Assembly: GCA_021323225.1 (NCBI GenBank)
Contig: JAJTCH010000001.1
Span: 689,120 to 753,119 of the forward strand
From: Rickettsiaceae bacterium
GTDB lineage: Bacteria > Pseudomonadota > Alphaproteobacteria > Rickettsiales > UBA1997
Reading direction: 5' to 3'
Length of the DNA stretch: 64,000 nucleotides
Position numbers and translations under genes: made by a program. Below are positions 41,176-51,296 of this stretch, in pieces; position 1 is the first letter of the stretch; every line of letters begins with the position of its first letter. The notes beneath the pieces are model-generated. The model made no database searches and was not told the origin of the DNA. It saw only the letters and a list, made by a program, of their open reading frames with translations.

Positions 41176-41831
41176 TAAGCAATTTTTTGTCCGGTTCCTT
41201 GCCAGTCTTTAACAAAGGTTTCAAGCCCTTTATCAGTTAGTGGATGAGAAGCGAGCTGTTTCAAAACTTTGCCGGGAATTGTAGCAACATCAGCACCCAT
41301 TTTGGCAGCAGTGGTGATGTGAATTGGATTGCGAATTGAAGCAACCAATATTTGAGTCTCAAATTCCGGATAATTGCTGTAAATTTGGCAGATTTCTCCG
41401 ATCAAATCCATACCGTCTTGGCCAATATCATCCAGCCTGCCAACAAAAGGAGAGACAAAAGTGGCACCGGCTTTAGCAGCTAAAATTGCCTGAGCGGCAG
41501 AAAAGCAAAGCGTGACATTGGTTTGAATTCCTTTGTTAGAAAAATATTTGCAAGCTTTCAAGCCATCCATGGTTAAAGGCAATTTGATGCAAACATTATC
41601 AGCCAATTTGCTTAAAATTTCTCCTTCACGAACCATGCCAGCATAATCTGTGGCAGCCACTTCAGCACTGACTGGACCCTCAACAATCTCGCAAATTTCT
41701 TTGATGACTTCTAAAAAATTTCTACCGGACTTGGCAATTAAAGATGGATTGGTGGTAACGCCATCAAGCAGGCCGTAACTGGCCAATTCTTTGATCTCGG
41801 CAATTTCAGCAGAATCAATAAAAAACTTCAT
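41175..41831 (-). CDS. tal: transaldolase / fructose-6-phosphate aldolase (short type)
   Basis: [15 protein letters not shown]...GVTTNPSL and the Schiff-base Lys context IKLP; 218 aa. Confidence 0.85.
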   Translation of the reverse strand: MKFFIDSAEIAEIKELASYGLLDGVTTNPSLIAKSGRNFLEVIKEICEIVEGPVSAEVAATDYAGMVREGEILSKLADNVCIKLPLTMDGLKACKYFSNKGIQTNVTLCFSAAQAILAAKAGATFVSPFVGRLDDIGQDGMDLIGEICQIYSNYPEFETQILVASIRNPIHITTAAKMGADVATIPGKVLKQLASHPLTDKGLETFVKDWQGTGQKIA

Positions 41832-41926
41832 ATTTAAGGGGAGTTAAATTTATAATAGGGGGTTTTAAGTCTGGGAAAATGAGGCGCTATTTTTATCCGT
41901 AAACTCCCTTTAAATCAAGAGCATAA

Positions 41927-43906
41927 ATGAATAAGAAAGCTATCTGCCAAGTTCTGCTGCCTGCGCCTTTCAATTTTGGCTTTAGCTATTTTGCGCCGGA
42001 TGATTTAGCGCTTGAAATTGGTGATGTTGTGAAAGTTTCCTTCGGCAGCAAAAACCTCTTTGGGGTGGTGATTGGCTTTAATCAGGAAAACGAGGTTGAT
42101 GAGAAGAAAATTAAAACAGTTATAAGTAAAGAGGAGAGAACAAGATTTTCACCAAAATTGCTTGAATTTATCGATTGGGTCTCGTCTTACAATCTGGCAC
42201 CAAAAGGTTTGGTTCTAAAACTGGCTTTGTCAATTTTGAATAGCAGCAAAGAACCGAAGAAAAAAATTGGGTGGGGAAAATCAGATCTAAACATAAAGCT
42301 TAAATCTTTATCAAATGATCAGCAAAAAGCAGCTGATTTTTTGTTGCAAAAAATTGATGAGCAAAAATTTTCTACCATTTTGCTGGATGGTGCAACTGGC
42401 ACCGGAAAGACGGAGATTTATTTTTCCGCAATTGCCAAAATTTTACAAAAATTCCCTGACGGACAGATCCTAATCCTGCTTCCCGAAATCGCCCTCACCT
42501 CACAGCTTTGCAAAAGATTCTCTTCGCAATTTGGCTTTGAACCGGATTTGTGGCATTCCAAGATTAGTCCGGCTAAAAAAAGGGTGCTGTTTTTTAGAAT
42601 TGCTGATGGATCTTGCCGAGTTTTGATTGGCGCACGTTCTGCTTTGTTTTTGCCTTTTAAAAATTTGCAATTGATTGTAGTGGACGAAGAGCATGATGCC
42701 AGCTTTAAACAGGAAGATGTTGTCAATTATAATGGCAGAGACATGGCAATCACTCGCGCCAAAATTGAAAATTTTCCGGTTATCTTATCTTCTGCCACCC
42801 CTTCTTTGGAAAGTTATCTAAATGCCAAAAACGGCAAATATGAGCTAATCACCTTGCGCCAAAGATTTGGTCAGGAGGAAAAAACCGAAATTGAGCTGGT
42901 TGACATGAGGAAGGAAAAACTTGGAAAAAACCAATTTATCTCCTCTGAGCTAAAAAAACTTTTGCAGGAGAACCTGGAAAATAATCGTCAGTCTTTATTG
43001 TTTCTAAACCGTCGTGGCTATGCTCCACTAACCTTATGCAAAAAATGCGGAGAAAGAATTTCCTGCAACAATTGCAGCTCACATTTAACACTTCATAAAA
43101 GGACAAACCGCCTCACCTGCCATCATTGCGGGCTATCCAGAAAAATGGTTGATATTTGCCAGAATTGTGGCGAAAAAGATTGCCTGACCAATTGCGGCGT
43201 GGGAATAGAAAAATTGCAGGAAGAAGTCTTGAAATATTTTCCTGAGGCAAAAATTGGGCTGATGACAAGCGACCACATCACCAGCACAAAAGAGGCAGAA
43301 GATTTAATCGACAAAATTCTGGAACATAAAATCGACATCATTATTGGCACACAAATGATCGCCAAAGGTCATCATTTTCCGTCTCTGGCTTTAGTTGGAA
43401 TTGTTGAGGGCGATGCCAGTTTTCTAGGTGGAAACTTGCGCACGGCGGAAAGATCTTACCAACTTTTAACTCAAGTAATTGGGCGCGCCGGAAGAGAGCA
43501 TTTTGCCGGTAAAGTGATCTTACAAACTTACAATCCACAAAATTCAGTCTTTGAAAAAATTATTGCCGGAAAACAGGAGGAATTTTTAGAAGATGAGATC
43601 AAGAACCGCAAAGCTCTAGACTTTCCACCATTTTCAAAAATGGCTTCAATAATTTTTAGCGGAACAAATGAAGAAGAGGTGATAAAAACTGCCAAAATAG
43701 TTTTGCAAAAATTTCTGCCACACCAGGAAGTAGAAGTTTTTGGACCCGCACCGCTAGCAATTGTAAGGGTAAAAAACCGTTTTCAATATTGCCTGAATAT
43801 CAAAGTGGAAAAGAAAATCAATCTACAAAAATTGCTGATTGAAATTTTAAAAAACTGCGAGACTCCAGCTAAAATCAGAGTGAAAATTGATATTGATCCA
43901 CTCTAA
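41927..43906 (+). CDS. priA: primosomal replication-restart helicase PriA
   Basis: GATGTGKTEIY, VVDEEHD, Cys-rich insertion CKKCG...CNNC...CHHCG...CQNCG. Confidence 0.9.
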   Translation: MNKKAICQVLLPAPFNFGFSYFAPDDLALEIGDVVKVSFGSKNLFGVVIGFNQENEVDEKKIKTVISKEERTRFSPKLLEFIDWVSSYNLAPKGLVLKLALSILNSSKEPKKKIGWGKSDLNIKLKSLSNDQQKAADFLLQKIDEQKFSTILLDGATGTGKTEIYFSAIAKILQKFPDGQILILLPEIALTSQLCKRFSSQFGFEPDLWHSKISPAKKRVLFFRIADGSCRVLIGARSALFLPFKNLQLIVVDEEHDASFKQEDVVNYNGRDMAITRAKIENFPVILSSATPSLESYLNAKNGKYELITLRQRFGQEEKTEIELVDMRKEKLGKNQFISSELKKLLQENLENNRQSLLFLNRRGYAPLTLCKKCGERISCNNCSSHLTLHKRTNRLTCHHCGLSRKMVDICQNCGEKDCLTNCGVGIEKLQEEVLKYFPEAKIGLMTSDHITSTKEAEDLIDKILEHKIDIIIGTQMIAKGHHFPSLALVGIVEGDASFLGGNLRTAERSYQLLTQVIGRAGREHFAGKVILQTYNPQNSVFEKIIAGKQEEFLEDEIKNRKALDFPPFSKMASIIFSGTNEEEVIKTAKIVLQKFLPHQEVEVFGPAPLAIVRVKNRFQYCLNIKVEKKINLQKLLIEILKNCETPAKIRVKIDIDPL

Positions 43907-43928
43907 TCCAACTATTGAAAATATTATA

Positions 43929-45029
43929 TCACTGCTGCCAAGGAAATTTTTCTGCATCTCCCAACAATCTAGCAGCACCAATTGGACGAATAGCCGCTCT
44001 GTTATGAAATGAAATCATTATATCTTCCAACCTACCAACAATCTCTTGCGCCACAGAAGGGATAGACATTATCTTCTTTAAATCTTTATCAAGACCAAGA
44101 TATTCCTCCACAATATTAGCCATATTGTCCGGCATATGTCCAATTAGCGCTTCATGCTTCTTGTTAATATCCGAAACTTTTTCTTCTTTTTCTTTGTGAC
44201 ATATGGCAGAAATCAGTTTTGCTGCATTGGTTATCTTGTTCTCAGGATTTAAGGATAGTTTTACAAATTGGGTTATAAGATCGATGGCTTCTAGCGCTCT
44301 AGGATTGTGTAAAAATAATATTGTAGATAAATCTCTATCTACCTCAATAGGATAGGATGAACCTAAACCTAACAATTTTTCTTTCTGTCTATTCTCAGGC
44401 AACAAAGCAAACAGAAATAATAATATAGATAAATAATCCTTATCTACGGCTTTAATAAAATTCCCACCACCACCTGCATCTGACATTTTCTCGTGCATAT
44501 TCGATTCGCTATTTTCTATTATCCATTGCAGAGATTTTATTTGTCCATTTTCTACCGCCCCGCAAAAAACTTCACAATCATTGTCATTTAATATTCGGGA
44601 AAAGTCACCAACATCACTTTTTCCTCTTATCCATTTCATTGCAGGTGTCTGACCACCCCATGATGCCCGCCTAAAAACACCGGGACTACATGGATTTAAC
44701 TCTTCTCTTTTATTTGGGTCAGTATTGTGCCATAGCCAATCCATTACTTCTGTATGACCACCAGCTGCGGCACGCCGTAGAGCAAGACGTCCGTCTAAAT
44801 CTATATTTGCTCCACATTCTACCAAATATTTTATCATCTTTATGGAGCCATTACCTGCAGCATCTACCAAGAGATTACTCTCATATCTCCAATCATAACC
44901 CATAGATATTGATTCATAATTTTCTTTATCAATCATTCCTTTAACTACAGCGATATCATCCCTTTTTATAGCATCATGCAATTTATCAAAATCAATATTT
45001 ACAGGGCTTGTTGGACTTAATGATTTCAT
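43929..45029 (-). CDS. ankyrin-repeat-like protein, function unknown
   Basis: Repeated ~33-aa units such as LLVDAAGNGSIKMIKYLVECGANIDL and ALRRAAAGGHTEVMDWLW. The C-terminal half is unrecognised. Confidence 0.55.
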   Translation of the reverse strand: MKSLSPTSPVNIDFDKLHDAIKRDDIAVVKGMIDKENYESISMGYDWRYESNLLVDAAGNGSIKMIKYLVECGANIDLDGRLALRRAAAGGHTEVMDWLWHNTDPNKREELNPCSPGVFRRASWGGQTPAMKWIRGKSDVGDFSRILNDNDCEVFCGAVENGQIKSLQWIIENSESNMHEKMSDAGGGGNFIKAVDKDYLSILLFLFALLPENRQKEKLLGLGSSYPIEVDRDLSTILFLHNPRALEAIDLITQFVKLSLNPENKITNAAKLISAICHKEKEEKVSDINKKHEALIGHMPDNMANIVEEYLGLDKDLKKIMSIPSVAQEIVGRLEDIMISFHNRAAIRPIGAARLLGDAEKFPWQQ

Positions 45030-45052
45030 ATGATTATTAATTTATTAGCAAT

Positions 45053-46150
45053 TTAAGAAGCTTTTTTACCAACTAATTTTTGGTCTTTAAGAATTCTAAC
45101 GCTAATTATAATAAATAATAATATTATTAAATAAAGTAATATTACAAATTGCGGTTTTCTGCTAATCAAATTATAACTAACCATCATCAAACCAACAAAG
45201 CCTGCTGCGGCGAATACCGCTTTTAGATTATGCGATAAATTTCCATAACGGTTAAATTTCCCATCTAAAACAAAGGCACAGGCAATTAAAGTTAAAACCA
45301 GCGATAATAGCGGATAAGTGATTCTTTGATGCAACTCAACATAATATTCAGCTAAATCTTTGGCTGAGACTTTATCGGTTGGGTTCAGCAATTCGTTAAT
45401 ATATCTCTCACTTGCTTTCCATTTTAAACCAATGGTTGTCTCGTTGCTGTTATCACTTAAATTAACCACATAACTGTCGAAATGAAGAATGTCTGATTTT
45501 TTAGATTTGTAGCTAAATCTTTGAACTGTGCCTTCCTTTAAATAAAGCAGCACCAAATTATTCTCCTCATTGATGGTGCCGGTTTTTGAGGTGATAGTGG
45601 TTGAATAATCTGGATTGCGACTGTCGTAAATTAATATGCCGGAAAGGTGGTTTGAATTATCCTTGGTTTTAACATAAATTGTCAGGCTTCGAAGCTGCTC
45701 AAATATGCCTGGGGAAATTAGCAAATTGGCATAATTATTCTGAAAGTCAGAACGAATTGAGCGCAATTTTTTGTTGGAATAAGGCATCAAGAAAAATGAG
45801 ATGAGGAAGCAAATTATGCAGCAAATTGAAGATATATAAATTGCCGGTTTGGCCAGTTTTAATTTGTCCAACCCTGCATTTTTTAAGATGGTGATTTCAT
45901 TATGGTTGATCATCTGGTTATAAGCCACCAGCACCGCCATGAACAAAGAGACCGGTATGATGATGAGCAAAAGCCAAGGCAAAATCAGCACAAATAAATT
46001 CAAAAAATCGGAAATTGAAATGCCTTTTTCAGTAATAAATTTTATGAAAGAAATTGCTTTGGCAAACCAAATTAGCGAAACTAAAACGCCAACGATCACT
46101 AAAAAATAAGCAATGATTCTACGGATGATATATAGGTTGTAGAGCTTCAA
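45053..46150 (-). CDS. lptF: LPS export ABC permease, LptF/LptG family
   Basis: YjgP/YjgQ topology: three N-terminal TM helices, a periplasmic beta-rich middle, three C-terminal TM helices. F versus G is not resolvable by eye. Confidence 0.7.
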   Translation of the reverse strand: MKLYNLYIIRRIIAYFLVIVGVLVSLIWFAKAISFIKFITEKGISISDFLNLFVLILPWLLLIIIPVSLFMAVLVAYNQMINHNEITILKNAGLDKLKLAKPAIYISSICCIICFLISFFLMPYSNKKLRSIRSDFQNNYANLLISPGIFEQLRSLTIYVKTKDNSNHLSGILIYDSRNPDYSTTITSKTGTINEENNLVLLYLKEGTVQRFSYKSKKSDILHFDSYVVNLSDNSNETTIGLKWKASERYINELLNPTDKVSAKDLAEYYVELHQRITYPLLSLVLTLIACAFVLDGKFNRYGNLSHNLKAVFAAAGFVGLMMVSYNLISRKPQFVILLYLIILLFIIISVRILKDQKLVGKKAS

Positions 46151-46302
46151 ATTTTTGCAGATAAGATGTTGATAAGTTAACTTGTGTAATTATTTTATTC
46201 GCGCTTTAAGATACTAAATAGTTTCTAAGAACAAAAGGGGAAACTACAACTCCCCAACTCCGCCTAGGGCCCAGATGAAGTAACAATCCGAATTCAAAAT
46301 TT

Positions 46303-46980
46303 ATGTATATATTATACCATCAACCTCTTTGTCCATTTTCAAGAAAAGTCCGCTTTCTGCTTGCCCAAAAAAACATTGAATTTAATTTAATTAAAGAAAA
46401 TTTTTGGGAAAGAAGAGACGAATTTATTGCCATCAACACCATGGGCACTGTGCCGGTTTTGTTTGATAACAATAATCAACATATCATCTGTGGCAGTCCA
46501 GTCATTGTTGAATATATTGAAGAAAAACATGATGACAGCAAAAGTTACTTGGGAGATTCTTTAACAAAAAGAGCCGAAGTAAGAAGAATTCAAATATGGT
46601 TTGATGAAAAATTTTATAACGAAGTCAGTAAGCTCATTTTAAAAGAACGGTTTTTTGACCGCTTCACTTCCAGCAAGCTCAGCCCAGATCCAGACAATAT
46701 CCGTCTTGCCAAAAACAATCTTAACATTCATCTCAATTACATGGAATTTTTGCTGGAAAATAGAAAATATCTGGCCGGAGATAAAATTTCCGTGGCCGAT
46801 TTTGCAGCTGCCGGTCATATTTCTGCCATTGATTATTTTGGAGACATAAATTGGCAAAACCGCGATATTATTAAAGAATGGTATTTGGTAGTTAAGTCTC
46901 AAAAAGGCCTACCCGAAATATTGAAAGATCGCATTCCCGGCGTTGTTCCGCCTAGACATTATGATAAACTTGATTTCTAA
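46303..46980 (+). CDS. glutathione S-transferase family protein
   Basis: Thioredoxin-like N-domain (LYHQPLCPFSRKVRFLL, GTVPVL) plus a helical C-domain. Confidence 0.75.
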   Translation: MYILYHQPLCPFSRKVRFLLAQKNIEFNLIKENFWERRDEFIAINTMGTVPVLFDNNNQHIICGSPVIVEYIEEKHDDSKSYLGDSLTKRAEVRRIQIWFDEKFYNEVSKLILKERFFDRFTSSKLSPDPDNIRLAKNNLNIHLNYMEFLLENRKYLAGDKISVADFAAAGHISAIDYFGDINWQNRDIIKEWYLVVKSQKGLPEILKDRIPGVVPPRHYDKLDF

Positions 46981-47017
46981 ACTAAATTTTCATCAATCCA
47001 GAAAGTAATTTGATCTT

Positions 47018-47911
47018 ATGAAACTCCAATTCACCCCACAAAAATCCGGCTTCCTTGGCATTGAAGAAAAATATTTGGATAAACAAGAAGATGCCAAAGC
47101 AATTATCGTTCCATTTGGCTTAGAAGCTTCGGTTAGTTATGGCGGCGGTACCAAAACCGGCCCTGCGGCAATTATCAAAGCTTCACATCAGGTTGAACTT
47201 TTTGATGAAGAACATTGGTGTGAGGTTTATCGCAAATTTGGCGTTGCCACTCTCAAAACTCCAGAAATTGCTCAGCCAATTCCAGCAGCACTGGAACAGC
47301 TAGAAAAAATCACTGAAACAATTCTTAATTTAGGAAAATTCCCATTGATTTTAGGCGGCGAACATTCAATAACCGCCGGCTCAATTCGCCCCTTCGTTAA
47401 AAAATATCCTGATCTGGCAATATTACATTTCGATGCCCATGCCGATTTAAGAGACGGTTATGGTGATGAGCATTATTCCCACGCAGCAGCGCTTCGCAGA
47501 GTTATGGATCATCCAATTTCTACCCTGATTTCTTGCGGCATTAGAAATATCTCAGCCGGAGAAATTCCTTATCTGGAAGCCAATAAACACCGCATCAAAA
47601 TCTATTGGGGCAAAGATCGCGAAAGCTGGAATGTGGAAGAAATTGTAGCGCCTCTAAAAGGTCGTCCGGTATTTTTAACTTTTGATCTGGATGGTTTTGA
47701 TTCAAGCCTAATGCAAGCAACAGGAACGCCGGAACCAGGAGGGGTTTTCTGGTCTGACGCCATAAAAATTATTTCCTCCGCTGCTAAAATTTCCAACATC
47801 GTCGGCGCTGATGTTGTTGAGTTGGCACCAATCAAACAATTCCATTCCTGCGATTTTTTAGCCGCTAAATTATGCTATAAAATTTTAGGTTACGCTTTGG
47901 GAAACAAATGA
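47018..47911 (+). CDS. speB: agmatinase / ureohydrolase family
   Basis: Mn-binding motifs GGEHSIT, HFDAHADLRD, TFDLDGFD. Confidence 0.7.
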   Translation: MKLQFTPQKSGFLGIEEKYLDKQEDAKAIIVPFGLEASVSYGGGTKTGPAAIIKASHQVELFDEEHWCEVYRKFGVATLKTPEIAQPIPAALEQLEKITETILNLGKFPLILGGEHSITAGSIRPFVKKYPDLAILHFDAHADLRDGYGDEHYSHAAALRRVMDHPISTLISCGIRNISAGEIPYLEANKHRIKIYWGKDRESWNVEEIVAPLKGRPVFLTFDLDGFDSSLMQATGTPEPGGVFWSDAIKIISSAAKISNIVGADVVELAPIKQFHSCDFLAAKLCYKILGYALGNK

Positions 47912-48516
47912 GTAGGTTCATAACTTTTGAAGGAATTGAAGGCAGCGGAAAGTCAACTCAAGCTAAACTTCTGTACAAATATTTTTCCAACAAAAATATT
48001 CCGGCAATCTTAACCAGAGAACCAGGCGGGACGCCAATTGCGGAAGAAATCCGCAATTTGTTGGTGAATGGTGAAATTGATAAAATGGATGGAGTTTGCG
48101 AAGCTTTACTTAATTTTGCAGCAAGAAGAAACCATGTTGAAAAACTAATCAAACCCGCACTATCAAACAGCACAATAGTAATTTCCGACCGCTTTTTTGA
48201 TTCAACAATTGCTTATCAGGGTTTTGCGCAAGATGTGGGTTTGCAGCTAATTAAAAATATCCGCGAACTTGCAATTGGCCACTTCAAACCTGATTTAACA
48301 ATTCTAATTGATGTTGATGTAGAAACTGCCTTTGAAAGAATCAAAAGCCGCGCTGATAATAATCGTTATGAGAAAATGGATAAAAATTTTCACCAAAAAG
48401 TGCGTGAGGGATTTTTAGAAATTGCCAAAAATGACGCGCAGAGAATCAAGGTGATTGATGGCAATAAATCTGAACAAGAGATTCATCAGATGGTTTTGGA
48501 TTATCTAAGCAATTAA
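47908..48516 (+). CDS. tmk: thymidylate kinase
   Basis: FITFEGIEGSGKSTQ P-loop, TREPGGT, DRF. Confidence 0.9.
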   Translation: MSRFITFEGIEGSGKSTQAKLLYKYFSNKNIPAILTREPGGTPIAEEIRNLLVNGEIDKMDGVCEALLNFAARRNHVEKLIKPALSNSTIVISDRFFDSTIAYQGFAQDVGLQLIKNIRELAIGHFKPDLTILIDVDVETAFERIKSRADNNRYEKMDKNFHQKVREGFLEIAKNDAQRIKVIDGNKSEQEIHQMVLDYLSN

Positions 48517-48576
48517 ACAAATGCTTAGTCTGTTTTAATATCCTAATAACCTATTAGAGTAAACTTATATGCTTAT

Positions 48577-50361
48577 ATGCGTCAAAAAAAATCAAAAAAA
48601 CCTAGTGCGGTAGCAAGAGCACAAGGAGAAGCTTATGAAAATCGGGCAAATGTTCTCTCAGCCCTAGCACAGGATGCAATTAAAAAATCTAATTATTCTA
48701 ATACCATTAAATTCTGCAGCGAACTAATATCATTATTTGAAGAAAAGAAGGCTAATATTAATCGACCAGAGGAATTATACCGACACAGGTCTTTGGCCTA
48801 TAAAGCTCAAAAGAATTATTTAGAACAAATAGCCGACATCGATAGAGCTCTTAAATTATTAGACTCTAAAAATCCAACTTATACTCAAACTTACACTCAA
48901 TTATTGTTAAGTCGCTTCAGAGCTTATGAGGAGATTGCAATTAATGATCCAGATAAAATATACGGGCATATAAATGAAATAATAAAAAGTGATGGAAGTA
49001 AGCTTCTTAAGCTGTTAGAGGGTAACCCTGAAAAAAAAGCAACAATCAATAGTATCCATATAACACTCGGAGTAACAGCTTGGGATGATAAAGATATGTA
49101 CGAGTGCTACTCTCATTTATCCAAATTAACAGAAGATGATTCTCAAAGTTGTAATGAGTTAATCTTACTTATTGCGGCTTGTATTAATATACTCGAGACA
49201 GAAGAAGACAAAGTAGAATGGGGAAAGAAAGTATTATTCTATGCAGAACAATTGCCCAATAATGATTTTAGAAAAGGATATTATGACTTTGCAAAAGGAA
49301 TGTCATTGCAGTACCAATCGCCACAAGAAGCAATTTATTATCTTGAACAAGCACTAAAGGATGAGGTCAATAAAAAGTGCTCAAAATTACATAAAACACT
49401 TGCGAAGCTGTATAATAAAACAAATGATTTCGAGAAAGCTGCAAAACACCTTCTATATGCCGTTGGAAAACTACCCCCGGAAGAACGAGAAAATTTCACC
49501 CTATCTGAATATGAAGAACTAACGGAAGATGTAAACCAATCTCTAATTTCTAAAAATCCTTCAGGAATAGGATCGGATAAAATAGGACAACAAGACATAT
49601 CTCATCCTTCATCAAAGCCAGAATCTGCTGAAAATGGGACAGAAGAAGTATCACAAGAAGATATAGCGAAAGAAAATATAGAAATATCAAATGCCACCGA
49701 CAATCCTTCAGAAGTGGCGGAATCTGCAACAACAGAGACATCGGTCGAAAGTTCCGCATCTGAAGCAGCTGTAGAAGATGAAGAGAAAAAGGATCCTTCG
49801 CCACTTCCATCTCTCCCTCAAAAAAAGATGGCTGCAAAAAATCTTGTTAATGAACAGCGCAAAAAGCGCTTTGAGAAATTAATAAGGAAATTTCCAAAAC
49901 TGGAATTGCCGTCCCCTAAAGAGAACAAGGAGGTTTTCACCTGGAAAGAGGAAGAGCAAAAAGAAGGTGCAGAACCAAGTTTTCCTTCTTCCGGTTCCGA
50001 AGAAATTAATAGAGCATGGGGGTGGGGACTCCCTAAAAATAATACGCTTTTTGTCTATTTTGACGAGAAAAGTCCATCAATTATTAAATTAAGACGTGAA
50101 AACGAAAGAGCTTATGATGCATTAAAATTAATCATTAATGAAGCACATATCGTTCCTCCCACAGGTAAACAGGGTATTAAACTGATAGAAATAGATGGTC
50201 AAAAATGTTGGGAAGCAAAAATTTTGGGTAAGAATGGTGAAGTACGGATATTTGCAAGGGTGGTAGATTCTATTGAGGTTACCACAGAAGGTAATCCCGC
50301 AGCAAAATTATTAGTATTTGACGATGCGGCCAGAGCATTACATAGGAACCATGGCAGGTAA
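48577..50361 (+). CDS. large hypothetical protein: TPR-like helical N-half, acidic/Ser-rich linker, unassigned ~130-aa C-terminal domain
   Basis: Uninterrupted 594-aa ORF; no signal peptide or TM helix; no catalytic motif recognised. Confidence 0.5.
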   Translation: MRQKKSKKPSAVARAQGEAYENRANVLSALAQDAIKKSNYSNTIKFCSELISLFEEKKANINRPEELYRHRSLAYKAQKNYLEQIADIDRALKLLDSKNPTYTQTYTQLLLSRFRAYEEIAINDPDKIYGHINEIIKSDGSKLLKLLEGNPEKKATINSIHITLGVTAWDDKDMYECYSHLSKLTEDDSQSCNELILLIAACINILETEEDKVEWGKKVLFYAEQLPNNDFRKGYYDFAKGMSLQYQSPQEAIYYLEQALKDEVNKKCSKLHKTLAKLYNKTNDFEKAAKHLLYAVGKLPPEERENFTLSEYEELTEDVNQSLISKNPSGIGSDKIGQQDISHPSSKPESAENGTEEVSQEDIAKENIEISNATDNPSEVAESATTETSVESSASEAAVEDEEKKDPSPLPSLPQKKMAAKNLVNEQRKKRFEKLIRKFPKLELPSPKENKEVFTWKEEEQKEGAEPSFPSSGSEEINRAWGWGLPKNNTLFVYFDEKSPSIIKLRRENERAYDALKLIINEAHIVPPTGKQGIKLIEIDGQKCWEAKILGKNGEVRIFARVVDSIEVTTEGNPAAKLLVFDDAARALHRNHGR

Positions 50362-50414
50362 TGTTGATTAACTGAGTTGTAAATGTTGGATGCGGATTTT
50401 GCTAAACACTATTT

Positions 50415-51173
50415 CTATTTAGTACGCATTCCAATATGCAGCGCCACAACTCCGAAATTAAAATTTTGGTAGGAAATATTTTCAAATCCTGCTTTTGCAA
50501 TCATCTTTTTAAAATTTTCCTGATTCGGAAATTTGCGGATGCTCTCTACCAAATATTGATAAGAACCCTCATCTTTTGCCACTAGCTTGCCGATTTTGGG
50601 AATGATTTTGAAAGAATAAAAATCATAGAGCTTGCCCAAAGGCAGATTGTCAATTTGAGAAAATTCCAGACAAACAAATTTTCCTCCCGGTTTTAAAACC
50701 CTGAAAGCTTCATTCAAACCATTTTGAATATTGGTGAAATTTCTGATGCCAAAAGCAATTGTGTAATAATCAAATTGCCCGTCAGCATAAGGAAGTTTTT
50801 CACCATCAGCGCAATTAAAATTTAAACCGGCAAATAGATTTTTATCTATCGCCCTCGCCTTGCCAACCGCCAGCATTTCCGGATTAATATCTACCACTTC
50901 GATTTTTGCTTCTATATTGTCTTTAATAGATTTTTTTAAAATGCGGAAAGCAATGTCACCCGTCCCGCCAGCAACATCAATGGTTGAATAATTTTGGCCC
51001 GGGATAAATTTTATCTCCTTCACCATACAATCTTTCCAAATGCGGTGCAGCCCACCACTCATAAAATCATTCATCACATCATATTTCGAGGCAACAGAGC
51101 TAAAAACCTCTTTTACCAAGGATGATTTTTGATTTTCAGAAACTTGTTTAAAACCAAAATGCGTATTGGTCAT
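50415..51173 (-). CDS. ubiE: ubiquinone/menaquinone biosynthesis C-methyltransferase
   Basis: YDVMNDFMSGGLHRIWK and the SAM motif DVAGGTGD. Confidence 0.9.
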   Translation of the reverse strand: MTNTHFGFKQVSENQKSSLVKEVFSSVASKYDVMNDFMSGGLHRIWKDCMVKEIKFIPGQNYSTIDVAGGTGDIAFRILKKSIKDNIEAKIEVVDINPEMLAVGKARAIDKNLFAGLNFNCADGEKLPYADGQFDYYTIAFGIRNFTNIQNGLNEAFRVLKPGGKFVCLEFSQIDNLPLGKLYDFYSFKIIPKIGKLVAKDEGSYQYLVESIRKFPNQENFKKMIAKAGFENISYQNFNFGVVALHIGMRTK

Positions 51174-51296
51174 ATTTATTTAATTAAAAATTTAGGCCAA
51201 ATAGCCAAATAAAATGTAGATAAAAACTTGTTATCTTTATAACTTTTATCTAGTGATCGTAAAAAATATTTTTCACAAATCTCAACATAAAACAAC

